This document shows, piece by piece, positions 18,701-24,395 of a stretch of 24,395 bases of DNA. The notes under the pieces were generated by a model. The model made no database searches. It was given only the letters and a program-made list of their open reading frames with translations, and had not been told where the DNA came from. The translations under genes and the position numbers were made by a program. The stretch comes from an uncultured archaeon. GTDB lineage: Archaea; Asgardarchaeota; Lokiarchaeia; Sigyniarchaeales; SOKP01. The stretch's first letter is position 1, and each line of letters starts with the position of its first letter. The DNA lies in NCBI GenBank assembly GCA_964447495.1, contig CAYUTF010000050.1, positions 1 to 24,395 of the forward strand, written 5' to 3'.

Positions 18701-19455
18701 TAATTAGCCGATTTTTTCTTATCCACATTTTTTAATATCTTAGATGCTTCAAGATATAAATTAATTTTGGAATATAGGAAAGCTGCCTTCTCACAAATAA
18801 TGAAATATTCATTTTTATTAAATATCTCAGCAATCAAAGCCGATTTCTTAATTGCTTGGGCGGCATAGTAATAATATTCTGGTTTTTGTTCTTTATTTGC
18901 TGTTTTGAAATAAATATTGGCAAGTTGGATAAATATTGGAAATCTCATCCATGCATTTTCTATATTTAAAGGAGAGTCTCCTGTTATCATCGAAAAACAT
19001 AAACATTGGAGTGCTTGAGTAAATTCTATAGGAGATAGATTTGCAAACCCTTCAAAATCAGGATATAGTATCCAGAGGTTTTCTAATAATTCATTTATGG
19101 GGAGAGGAAGAATAGCATAACCATTATTATATACCACAACGAGAGGAATATTCCGTTTAACGGATTTAATTATCGGAACAATCATTTCAAAAAACTCTAT
19201 TTCCTCTTTAATTAAAGGATTAAGGAAATATACAATTCCATCAACCGAAGGAAGAAGCACATCATAATCAGCATTAATAACATCGATAATAGTATCTACT
19301 TCTAAATCGCAAACATCTTCAAATACATTGACTTCCTTATACCATTCTATATATGTTTTCTTATCATCTCCCTCTTCGATAAACGCTTGTGAGATATAAC
19401 TAGATAAGAATTCAGAATCCAAGCCTAGAATTAAAACTTTAAAGATATAACGCAT
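15703..19455 (-). CDS. 1250-aa protein: degenerate GTPase-like N-terminal domain plus long TPR/SNAP-like alpha-solenoid with three C-terminal repeats
   Basis: Starts YIFKVLILG, with VDGIVYFLN and IPLVVVYN strands but no GKT P-loop. Helical repeats such as KYELAAKKYLSVA and DYLKAANH. LPLFEEE/LVLFEPE/LPLFEEE occurs three times. Confidence 0.8.
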   Translation of the reverse strand: MRYIFKVLILGLDSEFLSSYISQAFIEEGDDKKTYIEWYKEVNVFEDVCDLEVDTIIDVINADYDVLLPSVDGIVYFLNPLIKEEIEFFEMIVPIIKSVKRNIPLVVVYNNGYAILPLPINELLENLWILYPDFEGFANLSPIEFTQALQCLCFSMITGDSPLNIENAWMRFPIFIQLANIYFKTANKEQKPEYYYYAAQAIKKSALIAEIFNKNEYFIICEKAAFLYSKINLYLEASKILKNVDKKKSANYKRLYAEAMLSDGNKLFNKRKYELAAKKYLSVAQWSAIELKDQHLMNEAFRLAINSWISACRVEFAFQILDSLPHEGVLTILDEIALKIGNAVKFLSNEKKFFEAREQLYRTISVYQRENLTEHLEKFTNSLETVLIKILELQINDNELYSAKQTFDEIENLWEAYDVKKSNLDKLLAKLAEQFLDLLNFGMATILINKLNSLSLKKKLTKLSSKVEDDYKEEYKKKIQINIQKGLAIVNEFMLEEQKIVESLNEKAINEANNLIQNQDYLKAANHIKAHANYLKNLGKEEDRYQILSKGLDILLVGKVFNEFFLIYPELSEKAKRQYLVNKLNLIVGKVKEIKIEGNFDENIKVFDNFLSIYREQQLYEQSKQIGEIYIDFLKTKAQKIVNLERNNKGIENALNLIRKISDINSAYLDNIKRNFDDLHKEIFEIYIELDNLSGARATLDKIDSKMLKEELHKILNKIDDQKREIELKKVDETYKEDQLRALFSIIKKKAKDAYNDKISLFNQRKGYKRAYYQEGLNFLGINDLTAALQEYEKSIDRFINITQYSLASLSLAIISLILLKERRTNEITHYLGNFKSRFSGLLSLISEIFSFSLTDYLVNIIPFEDDIRIKETVSLMVNLPLFEEELKLLYDYLGKSYEKEKSVEKVTERSLEITKIKDDLDQYAFRIIKEKKDIAKRKLMKNQYWRMALEDLTNNKLENAYLGYYETIPKLIEKFEHEAAISLIVGTAILINFKNLAIGKSQFYERLTKLERFKSNIEKLPEIKLIEELFFLLENEMTDLFVYGLNLLIERLVLFEPEIEIIKKLIPKKEKVDEEQERMTREDLGKISKLQVKLNQDLAILKQMRGDVLREKQDFLTRRNPMRKRYYQNVIDSLSMKSFKEAGDEYFKLAQSMANRKDLQTASLMMLLHGLCFLKGNQSLYTIQLNISSLLDSLGLNKRLIQETFYIRCIRIILEAKINKMDKYLQQIQDLLDVLPLFEEERELITIIE

Positions 19456-19646
19456 GATTGAATGATTTAATTAATTTTTTTATCTTTATTATATTTTAGT
19501 ATAAAAATATATGTTGGGAAGGTACTTACTTTTCAAAATCTCAAATCTTTAAAAATATTATTATTATTAAAAACTTTTTAACCTTCCTTTATCTATTATA
19601 AGTATTAATTTAATCAGAAAATGTTTAATTTAGGATATTTTTAGTC

Positions 19647-20312
19647 GTGATCACTGTGGACTACATAGAGCGTAATTATCAGCTGGTCCAAGAAAGAATG
19701 ATTGAGCAAATGGAAAACTCATTAAAGTTGGGAAGGAAACTAATAGATACTGAATTAGACACAGGTATTCTTAATTTTGTGGTGCGCCCTATTGTAAAAA
19801 CTTTTTATGACTACTGGACGGAACATGAAGCTAAAGTGGGGACGTTAAATCAAATAAAAATTGCTTTAGAGAGCGGAAAAGAATTACTGATTAATGGAAA
19901 TTCAGAAGAAAGCTTTCTTAAAATAATCGAGAAAAATTTTCCTAATTTTCTTAAATCTGATCAGACAACTTATCAATGCAGTAAAAATCATAAAAACTAT
20001 CCAAAATTAGAACAGATCACAAAAGAAACATTTATGAACTATGTGAGAAAAGTTGTGGCTTTTTTACAAGTCAAGGATGATGTGAAAGATTATGGGGATT
20101 TATGCCGAAGTGCGTTTAAAACCAAAGAATATGCTCAGCAAAATTTGATGAAACAGTTGGAATATACCGATAAAAGTATTAGTCTCATTGAAAAAGATTC
20201 TTCTATTCTATCACTACCTTTTGGAAAGAGAATTATTATTAAAGCGTTGAGAAAAGGATTCGAAGAAACTAAAAAAGAGTTTATCAAAGCGATTAATGAG
20301 ACTTATGTTTAA
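19647..20312 (+). CDS. Hypothetical alpha-helical protein, tandem paralogue A
   Basis: 221-aa ORF colinear with the next ORF. The start may be the GTG at 19656. Confidence 0.85.
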   Translation: MITVDYIERNYQLVQERMIEQMENSLKLGRKLIDTELDTGILNFVVRPIVKTFYDYWTEHEAKVGTLNQIKIALESGKELLINGNSEESFLKIIEKNFPNFLKSDQTTYQCSKNHKNYPKLEQITKETFMNYVRKVVAFLQVKDDVKDYGDLCRSAFKTKEYAQQNLMKQLEYTDKSISLIEKDSSILSLPFGKRIIIKALRKGFEETKKEFIKAINETYV

Positions 20313-20392
20313 AAATAAAGAAATTATTAATTCTATAATGAATTTTAAATCTAAAACCTGATATGTGAGTTCATTTACACGGTGATTTATTT

Positions 20393-21055
20393 ATGGAGTA
20401 CATTGCGAGAAATTATGAGATCGTAAAACAGAGAATGATTGACCAAATGGAAATCTCCCTCGGTTTTGGTAAATCACTTCTTGATACTGAATTAGATGCG
20501 GGAGTTTTCAATATTGTTGTTAAGCCTATTGTAAAATCATTTTATAAATATTGGAGTGATAAGGACGCAAAAGTAGGTACATTAGAACAAATAAGGGTGA
20601 CCTTAGATACTGCGAAAACAATTGTGCTAAATGGGAAGATGCCTCAAGAAGTTTATGATAAATTAATCAATAAGAAGTTCTTGATTTATTTAGAAAATGA
20701 CCAAACAGATAGACAGTGTAATAAAAATCATAAAAACTATCAAAAACTAAAGGATATTACAAAAAAATGTTTTATAACTCAAGTAGAAGAGAGCATGTTA
20801 TTTCTAAGTGTGAGAGAAGAGGTTACAGATTATAATCAATTATCACGAATTACTTTCAATAATGACAAATCGAAAGCGTATCAAGCTTTAAAACGTCAAT
20901 TAGATTATAATGAAGCCGGTATAGAAATTGTGGAACAAGATAATTCAATTTTAAAAGTACCCACTGGAAGGAATATAATAGTATCAGTACTCCGAAAAGG
21001 GTTTGAACTTACAAAACAAAAATTAATAGAAGACCTCGAATCTATTTTTAATTAA
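20393..21055 (+). CDS. Hypothetical alpha-helical protein, tandem paralogue B
   Basis: 220-aa ORF with a GGTGAT Shine-Dalgarno motif upstream. Shares YIxRNY, DTELDxG, AKVGTL, DQTxxQCxKNHKNY and LRKGFE with paralogue A. Confidence 0.85.
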   Translation: MEYIARNYEIVKQRMIDQMEISLGFGKSLLDTELDAGVFNIVVKPIVKSFYKYWSDKDAKVGTLEQIRVTLDTAKTIVLNGKMPQEVYDKLINKKFLIYLENDQTDRQCNKNHKNYQKLKDITKKCFITQVEESMLFLSVREEVTDYNQLSRITFNNDKSKAYQALKRQLDYNEAGIEIVEQDNSILKVPTGRNIIVSVLRKGFELTKQKLIEDLESIFN

Positions 21056-21081
21056 TCAAAAAAATTAGTAATCTGATTAAT

Positions 21082-22152
21082 GTGAATGATGCTATTACTG
21101 AACATAAAGAAAAAAATCTACTTAGAACGATTTTTTTGAATGTACTAAAAATACTCTTTATTGTGATGTGCTATTTTTATGTATCTGAGGTTTATGGTGC
21201 CATATCTACGCCATATATCACAGAAAGTGGGTATAATGTTATTTTTGGAGGCGCTTTACTCTTATTTACCTTTTTTTCTATATTAGCAGGTAAATATCTT
21301 TCCTTCATTTCTGGATTTTTAGGAGAGCTTACCTTCCAATTTGTCTTTTATGAAAATATTTATTGGGATTGGGTCATTTTTGTTGCTTTATATGGCTTTA
21401 TTTGTGGATTATATCAATATAAACCATTGAAATATCGTGAGGGAATGAAAATTTATTATACTTTTTTACTCTTAATAATAAGTTCTTTTATTTTTATGGT
21501 CTTAATTACACTGTCTCAAGTTGTATGGTACGCGAATCCGTCAGGCTTCGAGCAAATCTTTATTAATTATGGATTTAAATTCCTGACCCAATGTTTGACA
21601 TCTACAATATTTATTACGCCTATTCTTTTATTTTTATATGATAAATTCCTTGCATCAGAGGAGCGTGAGCTTTATAATATTTTTCTCACTCATCACCCAA
21701 TTTCTGCTCAAGATCACACATTCTATTTAGAACTGGGAAGAACTAAATTTTATTTTTGCTCCAGATGTTCAGGAATTGTTATTGGTGCAATTTTTTCAGT
21801 ATTTATCACCCATATATTTGAGCTGAAATACTTTCTTCCGTTCAATGCTGAAATTTCCTTTATTATATGTATTATCGTTCCTATTATTGCTCTAGCTGAT
21901 TGGGGCTCTCAGCGATTGTTATATAGGAAGAGCAGTACTACATCAAGATTAATTACCGGTGTGTTAATAGGTGTTGCTTGGAGAATGATACTATACACAG
22001 AGCAATATTACTTTATCATTATGATAATAATAAGCATTTATTTTGGAATCCTCTTTTTCTTAATATACTTAGGAAATAGAAAAATTGTAAGACAGATGAG
22101 TAAGGATTTAGATCAGTTATCTGATAATGATGAGAATAATATTGATTTATAA
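21082..22152 (+). CDS. Polytopic membrane protein: ECF S-component-like N-terminal half plus DUF2085-like C-terminal half
   Basis: N half has ISGFLGEL and WDWVIFVALYGFICG. C half has FCSRCSGIVIG, DWGSQ and RLITGVLIG, the CxRCxG signature of DUF2085. Confidence 0.7.
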   Translation: MNDAITEHKEKNLLRTIFLNVLKILFIVMCYFYVSEVYGAISTPYITESGYNVIFGGALLLFTFFSILAGKYLSFISGFLGELTFQFVFYENIYWDWVIFVALYGFICGLYQYKPLKYREGMKIYYTFLLLIISSFIFMVLITLSQVVWYANPSGFEQIFINYGFKFLTQCLTSTIFITPILLFLYDKFLASEERELYNIFLTHHPISAQDHTFYLELGRTKFYFCSRCSGIVIGAIFSVFITHIFELKYFLPFNAEISFIICIIVPIIALADWGSQRLLYRKSSTTSRLITGVLIGVAWRMILYTEQYYFIIMIIISIYFGILFFLIYLGNRKIVRQMSKDLDQLSDNDENNIDL

Positions 22153-22177
22153 AAAATCATTATCTCTTTTACATATC

Positions 22178-22687
22178 TTGAAAAATATAATTTTTATTCA
22201 TGGACTAGAAAGTTCGGGTCACGGTTTTAAAGGAAATTTGTTTCGTACTCTTTTTCCCAATATCTTAACTCCTGATTTTAGTGCATATAATGAAAGAATT
22301 TCTCTGAGAGTCCTTTTAAGCAAGAGAATGAAAGAATTGGAATTAATTATGGAGTATAAACCAGAATGGATTATCATTGGTTCAAGTTTTGGGGGATTAA
22401 TGGGCACTCTTTTTACCCTTCAAAACCTTGATAAAGTTCAATTACTCATTCTATTAGCGCCCTTCTTAGATCCTCAGTTCCTTCGAGTAAAGGATTTTAA
22501 ACCCGTTGATATCCCGGTTATCATATATCATGGCAAAGAGGATGCGATAGTTTCGGTAAAGAAATCGCGAAGGTGTGCTGAATTATTATTTGCCAACTTA
22601 ACCTATAATTTAGTTGAAGATGATCATCAGCTCCATAAAACTGTCTCGAAAATTGAGTGGAAAACACTTTTATCTCAATATAAATGA
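22178..22687 (+). CDS. Alpha/beta-hydrolase (YqiA/YcfP-like esterase)
   Basis: FIHGLESS, GSSFGG nucleophile elbow, HGKEDAIV and DDHQL. The TTG at 22178 avoids overlap with the upstream gene (the track start is 22127). Confidence 0.85.
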   Translation: MKNIIFIHGLESSGHGFKGNLFRTLFPNILTPDFSAYNERISLRVLLSKRMKELELIMEYKPEWIIIGSSFGGLMGTLFTLQNLDKVQLLILLAPFLDPQFLRVKDFKPVDIPVIIYHGKEDAIVSVKKSRRCAELLFANLTYNLVEDDHQLHKTVSKIEWKTLLSQYK

Positions 22688-23029
22688 AATTATTCCAACA
22701 TAAACAAATAATCTTTTTAATTCTTCACTTATTAGATAGCTTTTTTAGTATTTTAAAGGGCTCAAATATTGGACTCCGTTTTTTTTTTAATTATAGTATG
22801 TCTTTAATTTTATAGAAAAATAGGATTTATATTACAACAATAGACGTTTAAAGAATAAAGAGAAAAATGAGATTATTTTTTTATAGAACTTGTATGTTAT
22901 GCTTATATGGTGAGATTCTGTACAGTTTAAAATATAAGTTTGCAATTTACGCTGCAAAATTGAAAGATATCTTTATAATCTCTAAATAAATTTTAAATAA
23001 CATAATGTATATGATAGAGTGAAGATTAG

Positions 23030-24395
23030 ATGGTTAAAAAATTATATATATGTCGAGAATGTGGACATGTGTACCCAGAAGAATTGTCTGAGTACATAGA
23101 GAATAAAGTTCAAGTGTATTGTGAAATGTGTGGCACTCCATTTTCATTAGTTGGGGTAGAATTCAAGCAATTCACGCCTGTTCCTCCTAAAAAGCCACGA
23201 ACTCCATATTCTCCTTATACAAGGTCGGATAAAAGCAAATCTAAGTTAAGCAGCCTAATTAAGACTCTTAATAAGTTATCATATCTTCCCCTTTTAATAT
23301 TTGCGGGAATTATATTAGGTTTGAATTTCCAGGCGATTTTTTATCCCTATGATTGGTTAAACTTCTTTATCAAATCTCTAATTATTGGATTTAGTGCTTT
23401 ATTAATTATGATTTATGATATTTATTACATCTCCCCAAAAGTAAATGAAGAAAAATATGATGAAGTTGTATTAGATGCGTTTTGTTATGGGATTTTAGGA
23501 TGTTTCATCTTTGGAACGGGAGTTATTCTTTTAATCAAAGGTATATTAATTTTAATCTATGTAATGGCAAATGCTAAAGAGGAAAGAAATAAAATATATT
23601 ATTTTGGTTTAAAATTAAAGAACTCAATGAATAATTTCTCCGCTAAGGCAGGAGTGGTGATTTTGTTTTTCACATTTTTTGATATAGTTAATAATTATGA
23701 CGCCTACCCATATATTCAGTCATTTTTTTATTTTATTAATTCTATATTAGCGGGATTTGATGAATGGTTAAAAATAATTATCATTCTAGCAATAACAGCA
23801 GCAATTTGCTTAATTCCCGTGATCATATTATTTATTGACTTTAGGATGAGAAAGAAGATAGCAAATAAACAAATCTTTACGTTTGGAGATTCATTAGGAG
23901 TATTTATCTTAGGAATCTTTGGTACTGCACTATTTGGTAGTGGAATTTTTATTCTTTTAAAGGGGATCCTCTTATTTTTATTATTTGTTGGAAAACCTTT
24001 AGATGAAACTATATTTAAAACCGGAGTAGTTCAAATTGATGACCAAGCATATAAACCATCTAAACTTGAACCTCAGGAAGAAGTAGTATCAAGAGTCCCT
24101 CTTGTTGAAATAAAGGAGCATGATTTCAAGGTTAAAGAGGAGAAATTAGTTGATGCCCCTGTTGTGCATAAAATCTCACCTATACAACCTCCCGAAGTTA
24201 AACCAGAAGAAAAGCCAGTTCTAGAACTTGATGATATCACAGAGGAAGAGCAACAGATAGCATTTAAAGAAGAACCTGAACCCCCCAAAGTAGAAGAACC
24301 AACATCGGAAGTAAAATTAAAGCTTCATGAGTCTTTATTACCCGTAAAGAACGAAAAAGATAAGAAATTAGTAAGAGAATATTTTTCAAAGATTT
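23030..24395 (+). CDS. 3'-truncated Zn-ribbon plus multi-TM membrane protein with Pro/Glu-rich linker
   Basis: Absent from the ORF track because it runs off the window. ATG at 23030 gives MVKKLYICRECGHVYPEE...YCEMCGTPF; the frame is open to the end (about 455 codons) and contains a duplicated TM motif. Confidence 0.85.
   Translation, partial: MVKKLYICRECGHVYPEELSEYIENKVQVYCEMCGTPFSLVGVEFKQFTPVPPKKPRTPYSPYTRSDKSKSKLSSLIKTLNKLSYLPLLIFAGIILGLNFQAIFYPYDWLNFFIKSLIIGFSALLIMIYDIYYISPKVNEEKYDEVVLDAFCYGILGCFIFGTGVILLIKGILILIYVMANAKEERNKIYYFGLKLKNSMNNFSAKAGVVILFFTFFDIVNNYDAYPYIQSFFYFINSILAGFDEWLKIIIILAITAAICLIPVIILFIDFRMRKKIANKQIFTFGDSLGVFILGIFGTALFGSGIFILLKGILLFLLFVGKPLDETIFKTGVVQIDDQAYKPSKLEPQEEVVSRVPLVEIKEHDFKVKEEKLVDAPVVHKISPIQPPEVKPEEKPVLELDDITEEEQQIAFKEEPEPPKVEEPTSEVKLKLHESLLPVKNEKDKKLVREYFSKI

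Noticed and set aside
22688-23029. 342-bp intergenic region examined for an ncRNA, tRNA or repeat array
   Set aside because: It is very AT-rich, with only T tracts and a short TTTGCA/TGCAAA inverted repeat; no cloverleaf or periodic repeat is visible.
22219-24288. Minus-strand ORFs 22219..22407 and 24073..24288
   Set aside because: They are antisense shadows; the Ser-rich 24073..24288 ORF mirrors the Glu-rich linker of the 23030 gene.

Overview
AT-rich archaeal chromosomal window, most likely from an Asgard (Lokiarchaeia-like) genome. This is inferred from a TFB paralogue, an Arf/Rag-like small GTPase, a pseudo-GTPase/alpha-solenoid giant and oligo-T terminators. It holds about 22 protein genes or gene remnants; I saw no tRNA, rRNA, CRISPR array or transposase. 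Main result: the acetyl-CoA synthetase gene (acs, 6275..8322, minus strand) looks frameshifted in the ORF track but carries two short inserts (33 nt at 7248..7280, 32 nt at 6743..6774). Each folds with its flanking exons into a bulge-helix-bulge (BHB) motif, the substrate of the archaeal tRNA-splicing endonuclease. Cutting both at the canonical positions restores conserved Acs motifs (YPDVDRFW; PGYYYTGDG) and one 660-aa ORF, so these are candidate endonuclease-spliced mRNA introns in a metabolic gene. Other points: a CoA-transferase-GNAT fusion lacking the catalytic Glu near acs, a CorA-like 2TM-Nudix fusion, two convergent gene remnants joined by a deletion, an A10-run frameshifted membrane gene, a tandem paralogue pair, and an ECF-S-component/DUF2085-like fusion. 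Family assignments are from motif recognition only; no searches were run.
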